Positions 28,605 to 38,538 of a stretch of DNA of 64,000 nt are shown here, one piece after another. Where the stretch lies: NCBI GenBank assembly GCA_965238215.1, contig OZ250180.1:1189524-1253523 (forward strand), in the 5' to 3' direction. This DNA is from Dehalococcoidia bacterium. GTDB lineage: Bacteria; Chloroflexota; Dehalococcoidia; Lucifugimonadales; GCA-2712585. Position numbers and translations under genes: made by a program. The notes under the pieces were generated by a model, which had not been told where the DNA came from, made no database searches, and saw only the letters and a list, made by a program, of their open reading frames with translations. Position 1 is the stretch's first letter; the number at the start of each line of letters is the position of its first letter.

Positions 28605-30011
28605 TTAAGCGAACTGGTACTCTCTTGTAGCTGCGATGAGCTGGAGCACCCTGCCGGTGCGGCGGGCGAAGTCGCTCCGCTGCTCCTCTGTGTCTCGTGA
28701 AAGCTTCCCGTCCTGCTCGACGTGGGCGATGAGGGCCGCGCGGGCGGCGTCACCGATGGTGAGAGGTCCCATGAGCTCGAGACATCCGTCCACGAAGTCG
28801 GGGGCGGACATCATGCTTTCCGTGGCAAGCCGGTTGATGATGGTCTGCACCCCCGGCAGGCTGGTGTCGCCCACCCTCTCGGCGACGAAGTTCACACGGT
28901 TGGAGAGGGAACCGCTGTTGATCCATTCTTTACCGGCGTGCCAACCCTCCACGCTGGGCGGGTTCAAGATGAGCTGGCCCATATAGCCGGCCTGGATTAC
29001 GAGGTCGTCTATGCCAGGCTTGGGCGTGATGTAGTCCTCCACCAGCCGGAGGGTGCCCACCACCACTTCGACGGGGCTTTTAACCTTGGCGTACCACACG
29101 CTCTCATCCTTGAAGAAATCGGAGTTTAACAGGGTACGCATGACGGAGCGCATGTCGTAGCCGGACTGAAGATAGGCATCGGCCAGGATGTTGACAGCGG
29201 CGCTGTCCCTGGGGGGGGTGTGAGGCCAGGCGGGCACCTGCGGCTCGTCGGCCACGAAGAAGTTGTAGAGGTGCCGCGCGATGAACCGAGCCGTAGCGGG
29301 CTGTGTCACGACAATGTCCATTATGTCGTCGCCGTTGAAACGACCGCGCTGACCCAGGAACGTTTTCTCGCCGTCGTCGTGATCGTCTTCCTTGAACTCG
29401 AACTCCAAGAAGTATCTCTGGAAGGGATAGAGGGGCGGGAAGGGCTTATGGGTCCAGCCGGTGAAGGCCCTGGAAGCCTCCTTAACGTCGTCCTCCGTAT
29501 AGTTGCCGACGCCCATGGAGAAGAGCTCGAGAAGCTCCCGGCCCCAGTTTTCGTTGATGGCTCCCTTGTGATTATCCCGGTTATCCAGGTAAATAATCAT
29601 AGCGGGGTCCCTCGACAGGTCACCAAGCAGGTCCCGGTAGTTGCCCAGGCAGTGACGGCGCAGCATCTCAATCTGCACCTGCATGGTCTGGGGGTGGTCC
29701 ACCTTGGCGTTGCCGCTGCAAAGGATAGAATGCCAGAAAATGGTCATCTTCTCTTCCAGGGGCCGGTGGGTGGAAATCATGCGCTGGAGCCACCAGCCCT
29801 GGGTCTCAGGCAAGCCGTTGCCATACCGGGATCCTATGTGGTGCCGGCGGGCAAGGTCTTCCTCCCACGGCGGCTGCTGGTCCGGGTTAAGGAGTTCTTC
29901 CACGGTAGCCTCGTATCCCTTGGCCACGCGGCGCTCCAACTCCTGCCTACTGGCGCCGAAACCCGCGCGGCGCATGAGGTGTGCCATGAGGGCAATATCT
30001 TTTTCCGACAT
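28605..30011 (-). CDS. DUF1800 domain protein
   Basis: HLMRRAGFGAS, MTIFWHSIL, NENWGRELLELFSMGVGNYTE, typical of DUF1800. Forms the usual DUF1800-DUF1501 gene pair. Alternative start at 30044. Confidence 0.85.
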   Translation of the reverse strand: MSEKDIALMAHLMRRAGFGASRQELERRVAKGYEATVEELLNPDQQPPWEEDLARRHHIGSRYGNGLPETQGWWLQRMISTHRPLEEKMTIFWHSILCSGNAKVDHPQTMQVQIEMLRRHCLGNYRDLLGDLSRDPAMIIYLDNRDNHKGAINENWGRELLELFSMGVGNYTEDDVKEASRAFTGWTHKPFPPLYPFQRYFLEFEFKEDDHDDGEKTFLGQRGRFNGDDIMDIVVTQPATARFIARHLYNFFVADEPQVPAWPHTPPRDSAAVNILADAYLQSGYDMRSVMRTLLNSDFFKDESVWYAKVKSPVEVVVGTLRLVEDYITPKPGIDDLVIQAGYMGQLILNPPSVEGWHAGKEWINSGSLSNRVNFVAERVGDTSLPGVQTIINRLATESMMSAPDFVDGCLELMGPLTIGDAARAALIAHVEQDGKLSRDTEEQRSDFARRTGRVLQLIAATREYQFA

Positions 30012-30226
30012 TCTGCCAACCCCCCTGATGCTTGAATCTCGCATTGCTAATGAACAATCCGTTAGATTAGAAATCTACCACATCTAGAATTGGGATTCAA
30101 CGAAGCTTCGACCGACATAAGACAAAGACGGCGAGTCGGAAGGGCGATGGGATTCGTAATTTTACCCTGTGGCAAGAGTACACCCTTACGGGAAGGGATG
30201 GTAGTGGGTGAGGTGGTAAGGGGAAA

Positions 30227-30252
30227 GGGCGGTTCCCGAACCGCCCCTACGG
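30227..30252 (+). repeat. Single REP-B unit GGGCGGTTCCCGAACCGCCCCTACGG
   Basis: Palindromic stem plus CCCCTACGG tail. Confidence 0.85.
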
Positions 30253-30391
30253 AAGTGGGACAGGATGTCGGTCATCCTTTTTTGTAGTAACGACATGTGG
30301 GACGACGCCGGTTGCCAATGGGCGGCGGGGCAAGGTTGCGTCTGTGCTTTCCGCTAAGTTACCCTCACGGCAAAGTTGTCGGAGGCGGACA

Positions 30392-31312
30392 ATGAAGATC
30401 GCGGTAATGGGATCCGGCGGGGTGGGTGGATACTTCGGCGGGTTGCTTGCCAAGGCAGGCCATGCTGTGACATTCATCGCCAGGGGCGAACACCTTCGAG
30501 CCATCCGCAATGAAGGGCTGCGTGTGGTGCACAACGCCGGCGAGTTCACAGTAGATGCCTCCGCTACTGACAATGCAGAAGGGGTCGGCCCCGTTGAGTT
30601 AGTCTTGTTTTCGGTGAAGGCCTACGACACTGATTCGGCTCTTGGCGTAATGTCGCCGCTGATAGGCCCGGACACGACGGTTTTGACCCTCCAGAACGGC
30701 GTGGAAAGCCACACTGCCGTGGCAAAGGCGTTCGGTGAGAAACACGCGCTGCCGGGGGCGGCCTACGTGGAAAGCCGCATCGACTCCCCCGGCGTGGTGG
30801 TGCAGACAGGCGGCGTAGCAAGGCTGGTATTCGGCGAGGCGTCGGGAGCGGAGACGTCGCGGGTGAGGAGGGTGCGGGATGCCCTGCTTTCGTCGGGCGT
30901 AAACGCCGAGGTTTCGCCGGACGTTCTGGCGACGCTGTGGACCAAGTTCCTGTTCATTGCCGCCGTCGCCGGACTCACCAGCGCCTGCCGCAAACGCATC
31001 GGCGATCTTTTGGGGGAGCCGGGATATCGGGAACTACTTGTGAAGACCATGAGGGAGATTGAAGCCGTGGGGCGAGCCAAGGGGATAAACCTTGACGACG
31101 CGGTAGTTGACCAGACCATGGAGTACGTGGAAGGCGCAGTGAAGGACATTACGGCCTCTATGCACCTAGACCTGGAGCGGGGTCGGAGATTGGAGCTGGA
31201 GATTTTCAACGCAGCGGTAGTCAGGATGGGACGGGAGACGGGGGTGGCGACGCCCGTCAATCACATGCTGTACATGGTGTTGAAGCCCCACGTGAATGGC
31301 GTGGGAGGGTAG
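30392..31312 (+). CDS. panE: 2-dehydropantoate 2-reductase (ketopantoate reductase family)
   Basis: MKIAVMGSGGVGGYFGG Rossmann start, ApbA/PanE-like body. GGAGG lies 6 nt upstream of the ATG at 30392. Confidence 0.85.
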   Translation: MKIAVMGSGGVGGYFGGLLAKAGHAVTFIARGEHLRAIRNEGLRVVHNAGEFTVDASATDNAEGVGPVELVLFSVKAYDTDSALGVMSPLIGPDTTVLTLQNGVESHTAVAKAFGEKHALPGAAYVESRIDSPGVVVQTGGVARLVFGEASGAETSRVRRVRDALLSSGVNAEVSPDVLATLWTKFLFIAAVAGLTSACRKRIGDLLGEPGYRELLVKTMREIEAVGRAKGINLDDAVVDQTMEYVEGAVKDITASMHLDLERGRRLELEIFNAAVVRMGRETGVATPVNHMLYMVLKPHVNGVGG

Positions 31313-31326
31313 GGTTCTGCCGACGG

Positions 31327-31547
31327 GATTCTTCACTTCGCTCCGCTCCGTTCAGAATGACATGTGGGGGAGCGCTGGTCGGAATAACGTTGGAGAGAGG
31401 GGATGCCGCGAGGGGAGGGGGGGTGGGCTCCCGCCTACCGTCATCGCGAGAGCAGGCTTATCGCGGGGGGATAGGTCCCCGCATCCGCGAGGACAACGGG
31501 TGGGGGCAGGGGAAGGGAAAGGGCGGTTCCCGAACCGCCCCCACGGG
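31327..31547 (+). repeat. REP mosaic (type C 31327-, type A 31470-31499, REP-B ending at 31547)
   Basis: GATTCTTCACTTCGCTCCGCTCCGTTCAGAATGACATGTGGG, GATAGGTCCCCGCATCCGCGAGGACAACGG, GGGCGGTTCCCGAACCGCCCCCACGG. Confidence 0.85.
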
Positions 31548-31590
31548 TTGTCAACACTGTGAGCTTCGACAACATTCTCTCAGTCTATTC

Positions 31591-32058
31591 TTATAGTAAT
31601 GACATGGGCGGCTGGTATTGATTAGGCGTAAGACCTAACGACAAGAATGCGCGTGCTATCTCGTGTCGCAGCGTTTTACGGCTTGGGGAAAAGAAGAGGT
31701 GGGAGGCGCATCTGCAATCGCTGGCCCCGAATCCTGGCACGGAACAAAACCCATGTTGTAGCAGACCGCCGACGATACGGCACTCCAGCCGCTTGTCGGA
31801 AAGCCCCCACGTAACCTCCGACAGCCGACCCTTATTCAGCAGGTAGTCCACGTGCCAGTGCAGTTTTTTACGCTGAGGGAGGTGCCGGCCCACCCTGGCT
31901 GCCACGCCGCTGAGGGCCGAACCCACGTATGTGTACCAGCCTCGGCGGAACTCTATAGAGCCCAGCCGGCCCACTTCAACGGTGACTGGGTTCTCTAGTT
32001 CAATGAGGAGGGCGTAGGTCCCCGGGTCGGAGGGAAACGGATGATTCGGGTTCTTCAT
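31591..32058 (-). CDS. GIY-YIG superfamily nuclease, DUF123 type
   Basis: PGTYALLIEL...GWYTYVGSAL...RVGRHL...KLHWHVDYLL matches my memory of the DUF123 (Uri-like) signature. Confidence 0.7.
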   Translation of the reverse strand: MKNPNHPFPSDPGTYALLIELENPVTVEVGRLGSIEFRRGWYTYVGSALSGVAARVGRHLPQRKKLHWHVDYLLNKGRLSEVTWGLSDKRLECRIVGGLLQHGFCSVPGFGASDCRCASHLFFSPSRKTLRHEIARAFLSLGLTPNQYQPPMSLL

Positions 32059-32103
32059 AGCGAAAGAGAAACTCGCGTCATTGCAGACACTCCTGAATCA
32101 ACA

Positions 32104-32397
32104 GATTCTTCACTCCGCTTCGCTGCGTTCAGAATGACATGAGGGAGGTGGGATGGGACGTGGAAAGGGGTAACTCCGGTTTGCGAATCGCTCCTATGGG
32201 GGGTGAAGATGGGTCTCCGCATCCGCGAGGACAAGAGGGCTGTGGGGGATCCCTACCACGACGAGATTCTTCACTTCGCTTCGCTGCGTTCAGAATGACA
32301 TGTGGGAGGTGGGATGGGACGTGGAAGGGGGTAACTCCGGTTTGCGAATCGCTCCTATGGGGGGTGAAGATGGGTCCCCGCATCCGCGAGGACAAGG
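32104..32397 (+). repeat. Tandem duplication of a 161-bp mosaic unit (type C + REP-B variant + type A)
   Basis: The unit starts at 32104 and 32265. The copies are nearly identical. Confidence 0.9.
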
Positions 32398-32538
32398 GGG
32401 GCTGGAATGACGTGGGTTTCAACGGCGTAGAGGCAGTCTATTATTATAGAAATGGCGTTGTGGGGGGTCCCTTCCTCCCACTCAAGCCAAGGGGCCGCGT
32501 GATGACGCGGCCCCTTTGATTACAAGTGAAGACGAGAA

Positions 32539-33639
32539 CTAGGCGCTGGCGGGCAGGCCGTAGAACTCAAGGGCGTTGTCGCGAAGGATGCCCTTCTTCT
32601 GCTCCTCGGTCAGGTCTTCCCGCTCCCAGATGCCGAAGACGCTCTCCGGGTATTCGTGGTCCCAGTGGGGCCAGTCGGAGGCGTACATCAGCCGGTTGGA
32701 TCCCATCTCCCGGATAACTTCAGGGATTAGCTTCTCGCCAGGCTCGACGTGAATGTAGACTTTGCCGCTCTTGATGTAGTCGCTGGGCTTCTTCTTGCAG
32801 TTGGGGGTCTCGAACCAGCCGCGCTTCTCCCACTCTTCGTCCATGCGGTCGAGCATATAGGGCACCCAGGTGCACCCCGCTTCCAGATAACCGACTTTCA
32901 GGTCGGGGAACTTCTCGTAGACGCCCTCGTAGGTCATGTGCATCATCTGCATCATGTTGGAGACGGGGAAGCCGATGGTGTGCCTCTGAATGAACTTGGT
33001 GTAGCGCTGGTACTCGGCGGTGGCGTGGCCACCATGAACCGCAACGGCGGTGCCGAGCTTTTCGGCCTCGGCCCAAAAGGCGTCGTACTTCTTCTCGCCC
33101 AGAAGACCGAAGCCCACGGCGGCGATGAACACGCCAGAGAAGCCTAGCTCCGTTACGCAACGGCGCATCTCCTTAATGGACTCCTCGACCTCCGGGAAGG
33201 GCATGAGGGCAACGGCCTTGAAGCGAGGGCTGTGCTTCAGCCACTTCTCCGACAGATAGTTGTTGTAGGCCTTGGTGAGGGCGACAAGGTAGTCGTTGTC
33301 GGTGACGGTGGAATAGGCCAGGAGGGTGGTGGGAAAGAGGCAGATGGTGGACATGCTGCCCTCGTCCGCCTTGGCGAGCCACTCGTCGGGAGTGGGGAAG
33401 CCTTCGGGCCCGTTGGCGCCAAGCCTTCCGCCCAGGGTGGTGTCGAAGGAGCTGTGAGTTACCAGAATGCCGCCGCCGATGGAGCCGCTGGCGTTGGGGA
33501 TATAGCGGTGAATTCTGTTCTTGATCTCTCCATAAGGGCCTTCCATATAGGACCTAAGCTCGTCTTCGGGTTCGTTGATATGACCGTCGGAGTCTATCAC
33601 TCCAAAAGGCATCTTCATGGTGCGTTTCACCTCGTTCAA
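32539..33639 (-). CDS. Amidohydrolase-2 family metal-dependent hydrolase/decarboxylase
   Basis: VIDSDGHINEP N-terminal metal motif and ASDWPHWDHEYP C-terminal motif. Confidence 0.82.
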   Translation of the reverse strand: MNEVKRTMKMPFGVIDSDGHINEPEDELRSYMEGPYGEIKNRIHRYIPNASGSIGGGILVTHSSFDTTLGGRLGANGPEGFPTPDEWLAKADEGSMSTICLFPTTLLAYSTVTDNDYLVALTKAYNNYLSEKWLKHSPRFKAVALMPFPEVEESIKEMRRCVTELGFSGVFIAAVGFGLLGEKKYDAFWAEAEKLGTAVAVHGGHATAEYQRYTKFIQRHTIGFPVSNMMQMMHMTYEGVYEKFPDLKVGYLEAGCTWVPYMLDRMDEEWEKRGWFETPNCKKKPSDYIKSGKVYIHVEPGEKLIPEVIREMGSNRLMYASDWPHWDHEYPESVFGIWEREDLTEEQKKGILRDNALEFYGLPASA

Positions 33640-33735
33640 TAAGTTTGGGCAAGTCTACTGAATTCAGGTGCGGTTGACAACTGAAGGGCGCGGGCAGATT
33701 GGAAAGGGATGAGAATGGATGCGGTTTGGACGGGA

Positions 33736-33789
33736 GGACTGGTTTGAAACCAGTCCCTACGAGTGGAGTGGCGGTACGCGTACCGCCGC
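33736..33789 (+). repeat. REP-B variant (GGACTGGTTTGAAACCAGTCCCTACG) plus palindrome GGCGGTACGCGTACCGCC
   Basis: Same hairpin+CCTACG architecture as the other copies. Confidence 0.8.
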
Positions 33790-33812
33790 AACAAGTTGTT
33801 TACAACAACAGA

Positions 33813-34898
33813 TTAGTCCAGGAGGGATATGGAACTGGACTTTATTACTAGATAGACCCTTTCGCCTTCTTGGAGGTCCAGATTAGTCAGAGCGTCGGGG
33901 GTGATTTCGGCGACCCACGGCTGTTCCATAAGGGCGTGGACCAAGATGCTGCGTCCGGCCGCGTCGACGCGCTCAACCCGCGCTTCCAGGATGTTCCGGG
34001 CACTAATCCTTCTGGGAGGCTCCGAAGCGAGAATCACATCCGAAGCCTTGATGGAGACAGACACGGGCTGGTCCACCGGCGCGTCTATCTGGGGGAGGGC
34101 CAAGACGGTCTCGCCCAGGACGGCCAGGGTAATTCCGCTTTCCGGGAGATGTTCCGTGACGTTCACGTCGAAGATGTTTTCCACCGACTCTCTAGCAATG
34201 AGAGGCGCTGCGGCAGACCGACCCAAGAGACTGCGCGGTTCGTCCATCGCGACCTGACGGCCTTTATCCAAGACCAACGCCGAATCGGCGAGGGCCATGA
34301 CTTCCGAAATGGAGTGGGACACGTAGACCATGGGGATGGAAAGTTCCCGGCGGATGGCTTTCAGGTAGCGGAGGATGCGGCCGCGGATGCTGAGGTGGAG
34401 GGCGGCCAGGGGTTCGTCGAGAAGCAGTAGATTAGGGGAGGCGGCCAGTGCGCGCGCCAGCGCAACCCTCTGTTGTTCGCCGGTGGAAAGGCCGTCCGTC
34501 CGGCGCTTCATGAGCCGCCTCAACTCCAGCAGTTCCACCAGCTGCGCCGGGTCGACCATGCGCCGGGACTCCGGCGTCAGATTGTAGCCGTAGTGGATGT
34601 TCTCTTCCACGTTCAGATGGGGGAAAAGGAGACTCTCCTGGAACATGTACCCCACCCGTCGACGCTCAGGCGCGAGGTTCACTCCTGCGACTTTGGAATA
34701 CAGTATCCGGTCCTGAAGTCGGATCTCCCCGTCATCGGGGCGCTCCAGGCCGGCTATGCAGTTGAGCAATGTCGTCTTGCCGCTACCCGAAGGGCCGAAT
34801 ACTGCCGCGATTCCCAACGGCAGATCCGCATTCACCGACAGTTCGAAGCCGGGGAAGCTTTTGCGGAGATTCAGGCTCAGGACGGGATTCGATGTCAT
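33813..34898 (-). CDS. modC: Molybdate ABC transporter ATP-binding protein
   Basis: Walker A GPSGSGKTT, LSTGEQQRVALARAL, LLLDEP, and a C-terminal TOBE-like domain. Lies in the modABC context. Confidence 0.88.
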   Translation of the reverse strand: MTSNPVLSLNLRKSFPGFELSVNADLPLGIAAVFGPSGSGKTTLLNCIAGLERPDDGEIRLQDRILYSKVAGVNLAPERRRVGYMFQESLLFPHLNVEENIHYGYNLTPESRRMVDPAQLVELLELRRLMKRRTDGLSTGEQQRVALARALAASPNLLLLDEPLAALHLSIRGRILRYLKAIRRELSIPMVYVSHSISEVMALADSALVLDKGRQVAMDEPRSLLGRSAAAPLIARESVENIFDVNVTEHLPESGITLAVLGETVLALPQIDAPVDQPVSVSIKASDVILASEPPRRISARNILEARVERVDAAGRSILVHALMEQPWVAEITPDALTNLDLQEGERVYLVIKSSSISLLD

Positions 34899-35584
34899 GT
34901 CAAGCGCCGCCTCAACAAGCCCAGCTTGCGGATGAGGACGTGGTGAATGGTCAGGGTGCCCGCGGCTAGAACCACCGAGATAGCCACCAGCCGCAGGGCA
35001 GCGCGGTCATCTCCTGCCTGCAAGTCAGTGAAGATAGCGAGGGGGAGAGTCTGGGTGACGCCCGGGATGTTGCCAGCCACAACGATAGTTGCGCCGAACT
35101 CTCCCAGACCCCGGGCGAAGGCCAGCAGCACCGCCGCCGCCATGCCTCGATATGCCAGGGGGAGGGTTACAGAGAACACGGTGCGAATTGGCCCGGCGCC
35201 CAAGCTGCGAGCCGCCTTCTCCAGCCGAGGGTCAACGGCCGCTAGTGCGACCTCCATGGCGCGCACCATCAACGGAAGAGATACGAGTCCAGCGGCCAAG
35301 GCCGCCGCCACCCAGGTAAATAGCACGTCAACGCCTAAGGACCAGTGGAGAAAGCGCCCAAGGACTCCTTCCCTAGACAGGAGCAGAAGCAGGGCGTAGC
35401 CAGTGATGACGGGGGGCAACGCGAGGGGGAAGGAGACCAGGATCTCCAGGGCCAGCTTGCCTCGCATTTCGGTCTTGACCAAGGCCCACGCAATTCCGAG
35501 GGCCACGGGAAAGCCGAGCAGAACGCCCAAGGACGCCGCCTGAAGGGAGAGCCTTAGGGCTTGGAGTTCAGCGGACGAGAGCAT
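34895..35584 (-). CDS. modB: Molybdate ABC transporter permease
   Basis: 229-aa multi-TM protein with the EAA-type loop ARSLGAGPIRTFFSVTLPLA. 4-nt overlap with modC. Confidence 0.88.
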   Translation of the reverse strand: MLSSAELQALRLSLQAASLGVLLGFPVALGIAWALVKTEMRGKLALEILVSFPLALPPVITGYALLLLLSREGVLGRFLHWSLGVDVLFTWVAAALAAGLVSLPLMVRAMEVALAAVDPRLEKAARSLGAGPIRTVFSVTLPLAYRGMAAAVLLAFARGLGEFGATIVVAGNIPGVTQTLPLAIFTDLQAGDDRAALRLVAISVVLAAGTLTIHHVLIRKLGLLRRRLT

Positions 35585-35585
35585 C

Positions 35586-36044
35586 AGCGGCCCTCAGAGG
35601 GTGGGGGGTGGGTCTCCGCCCCCCGCCCCCCGCATGTGCGGGGGCAAGCTTTTGACGCGGGGGCAAGAGGGGGAGTATTCGTTTGACTCGTTTTGATAAT
35701 CGACTGGGTATCAATTTGTGCCTGAGATGATTCGTTTCAGGCGTGGGAGTCGTTTCAAAAAAGGTGGGCAAACGAGTCGGTTTGGGGGGATTCGTTTTTT
35801 TCTGTGGTGGAAACGAAGGGTGGGTTGGGAGGGGGATGGATCCCCGCATGCGCGAGGACGGGAGGGGTCGGGGTTTTCATGGGGGGATGGTAGCAGGGGA
35901 GGGGGATTTACGGCAAGGGGATGTTGGCAGTGGGGGGTAGGGGGATGGGTCCCCGTCCCCCACCCCCCGCATGCGCGGGGGCAAGCTTTCGACGCGGGGG
36001 CAAGAGGGGGGAGAAGATGGGTCCCCGCATGCGCGAGGACAAGG
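35586..36044. repeat. Repeat cluster splitting modA from modB; includes iteron element copy E2 (35676-35820) and type A units (35835-35862, 36016-36044)
   Basis: ATTCGTTT at 35677, 35730 and 35790, with an inverted AAACGAA at 35811. GATGG(A/G)TCCCCGCATGCGCGAGGAC. Confidence 0.85.
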
Positions 36045-36115
36045 GGAGTGGGGATCGGTGCATCTTGCCCATTTTCATTCTGCCGCCCATCATCTTCTTG
36101 CCACGCGTTGTAGAG

Positions 36116-36922
36116 TCATGGGTGCTCACCGACGACGAAGCCGTAGGTTCGAAAGCGGGACTGGGAGGATTCTTCTGCCAGGAATGCCAAAAACAAGGAA
36201 CCTTCCCTTTTATTGCTGGACTCCTTCAGGACCGCCGCCGGATAGAGGATGGGCGAATGGGATTCCGGCGGGGTCTCGTGGGCGATGCGGACGCCTTCGC
36301 TATTGAGAGCGTCGGTGCGGTACACCAGCCCAACATTGGCTGCCCCAGACTCCACGTAGGCGAGGGCCGTCCTCACGTTTGCGCCCAAGACAATTCGTGC
36401 CTGAAGTTCATGCCAAAGACCCATGCTCTCCAGGAATTCCTGGGCATAGCCGCCTGCCGGTGACAACGCGGGGTCCGCGATTGCAATTAAGCTAGCCTCA
36501 CGCAGGGTTTGCTCCGTGGAAGGGGATGGGGCTTCCGTCTCGCTTGAGACGACGAGGACCAGGCTGTTGGAAGCAAGCGCAGTCCGTGAGGCGGGGGTCA
36601 AGAGGCCGGCCTCTTCCAAGTCGTCCATGGGGCCGTAGCCGGCTGAGATGAACACGTCCCCGGGGGCATGCCGCTTCAGCTGGTTAGCAAGGGCAATGGA
36701 GCCGCCCCAATTGAAGGAAATTCTAACGTCGTTGGAACTCTCGTATTCGTGGGCCAAGTCCGTCAGCACGTCCCTGAGGCTAGCGGCAGCGTAGGCCAAG
36801 ATTCGAGGCTCTCCGCTCCTGGCGCAGGCCACAGCGGCGGGTAACAGCAGGGACGCGACCAGCAGAAGAAGGAACAGTGATTTTTTGAATGACAGGGTCC
36901 GACCGAATAGCTGCGAATGCAT
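36116..36922 (-). CDS. modA: Molybdate-binding periplasmic lipoprotein
   Basis: Signal plus lipobox AAVAC, AAASLRDVL, FISAG... ModA-like pattern. Confidence 0.85.
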   Translation of the reverse strand: MHSQLFGRTLSFKKSLFLLLLVASLLLPAAVACARSGEPRILAYAAASLRDVLTDLAHEYESSNDVRISFNWGGSIALANQLKRHAPGDVFISAGYGPMDDLEEAGLLTPASRTALASNSLVLVVSSETEAPSPSTEQTLREASLIAIADPALSPAGGYAQEFLESMGLWHELQARIVLGANVRTALAYVESGAANVGLVYRTDALNSEGVRIAHETPPESHSPILYPAAVLKESSNKREGSLFLAFLAEESSQSRFRTYGFVVGEHP

Positions 36923-37004
36923 CCGACGATTATAGACGGTGCAATCAAGGCGTTACACTATGTGGACTGAAGAAAGAGGGGCGTAGCGCGTTGGGGGGTT
37001 AGTA

Positions 37005-37285
37005 GTGGATTCCCGCCTTTACGGGAAAAACGGGTGTGGGAGGATGAGGGAATTTGTGTGCACGCCGAGATTCTTCACTCCGCTACGCTGCGTTCAGAAT
37101 GACATGCGGGGGAAGGAATGATTGCGCGTGCGTGGTGGATTCCCGCACGCGTATTCACTGGGGCAGGCCCTGCGCGGGGACAACGGAGTGGGATGGGGGA
37201 TTTTGGGCAAGGGAAGGTTGGCAGTTGGGGAGAGGTCTTCACCCCCATCCTAACCTTCCCCCGTCGAGGGGGAAGGGAGGGGGAA
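37005..37285 (+). repeat. REP mosaic (type C 37066-37110, nested-hairpin unit 37131-37186, GGCA(A/G)GGG..TTGGCAGT unit, CACCCCCATCCTAACCTTCCCCCGTCGAGGGGGAAGG hairpin)
   Basis: Each unit recurs elsewhere (for example 55492-55525 and 55686-55720). Confidence 0.8.
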
Positions 37286-37362
37286 ACACGGGGCGGTCTG
37301 CAAAGTGGTATCATCGGGCTACGTTCAGGCAACAAGAGCCGGGCAAAGGAGTGGACGAACCC

Positions 37363-38538
37363 ATGGACAGAGCGCAGCAGCTGAAGCAGGAGGCGCAGCG
37401 GGAGATAGCGGCCCATCGCGGGGAGCTGGCGGAGCTTTCACTGCGCATCCACAGCAACCCGGAGCTATCCCTGGAGGAGGAGAATTCGTCCCGCTGGCTG
37501 GCGGAGTACCTGGAAGGCAAGGGATTTGAAGTGACCAAGCCCGCCTACGGCCTGCCCACAGCCTTCGAGGCCGTCTACGGGGAAGGCAGCCCGTCCATCG
37601 GCATCATAGCCGAGTACGACGCGCTGCCGGGGATCGGTCACGCCTGCGGTCATAACGTCATAGCCACCGCCGCGGTGGGCGCCGGGCTCGCCGCCAAGAG
37701 CGCCGCCGACGCCTATGGAGCGACCATCCGCGTCATCGGCACACCGGGAGAAGAGGGGCGCGGGGGGAAGATACGGATGGCCCGCAACGGGGCCTTCGCC
37801 AACGTGGACGCCGCGATGATGGTCCACCCCGGCGACTACAACACGTCCGGGTGCGAGGCTATGGCAGTGGCCATCTTGGAAGTAGAGTTTCACGGCAAGG
37901 CCTCCCACGCCGCCGGCGCTCCCCACCGGGGCATAAACGCCCTGGAAGCCATGATCCTCTCCTACAACGCAATCAACTCCCTTCGTCAGCACGTGATGGA
38001 CGGTAGCCGGGTCCACGGCATCATCACCGACGGCGGGCAGGCGGCGAACGTTGTGCCGGCCCACAGCGCCGGCCTCTTCTACATCAGGGCCAAGGACGAT
38101 GATTACGTGGAGACCCTGAAGGAACGGGTGGTGGGGTGCTTTGAATCGGGCGCGGTGGCCACCGGGGCCCGGCTGGAGCATCGCTGGAGCGAACCGCAGT
38201 ACAGTACGATGAAGAACAACGAAGTCATGTCGGGTCTGTACGCACAGAACCTGGAGGGACTCGGTCGGAGGGTGGAGCCGTATCTGGGCAGGAACTTCGG
38301 CAGCACGGACATGGGCAACGTGAGCTACATGATGCCGGGAATTCACCCCATCATTGCCGTCGCACCTCGAGGAGTGCCCATTCACACGGAGGAGTTCGAG
38401 ACCCACGCCGGCTCCGAGGCCGGCCATAGCGCTATGGCAGACGGCGCGACGGCGATGGCGTGGACGGTTATAGACCTGCTTTCGGAGCCATCGAACCTGG
38501 CCCAAGCCAGGGAAGAATTTCTACGTGGAGGCGGCTGA
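37363..38538 (+). CDS. M20-family amidohydrolase (AbgB / peptidase M20D-like)
   Basis: LSLRIHSNPELSLEE, AEYDALPGIGHACGHN, GTPGEEG. ATG at 37363 with AAGGAG upstream. The 5' part of track ORF 37054.. is REP sequence. Confidence 0.85.
   Translation: MDRAQQLKQEAQREIAAHRGELAELSLRIHSNPELSLEEENSSRWLAEYLEGKGFEVTKPAYGLPTAFEAVYGEGSPSIGIIAEYDALPGIGHACGHNVIATAAVGAGLAAKSAADAYGATIRVIGTPGEEGRGGKIRMARNGAFANVDAAMMVHPGDYNTSGCEAMAVAILEVEFHGKASHAAGAPHRGINALEAMILSYNAINSLRQHVMDGSRVHGIITDGGQAANVVPAHSAGLFYIRAKDDDYVETLKERVVGCFESGAVATGARLEHRWSEPQYSTMKNNEVMSGLYAQNLEGLGRRVEPYLGRNFGSTDMGNVSYMMPGIHPIIAVAPRGVPIHTEEFETHAGSEAGHSAMADGATAMAWTVIDLLSEPSNLAQAREEFLRGGG

Noticed and set aside
36923-37050. Moco/molybdenum-cofactor riboswitch upstream of modA.
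   Set aside because: I could not recognise the conserved Moco RNA motif features in the modA leader by eye. The region is short and runs directly into REP units. A covariance-model scan is needed before any claim.
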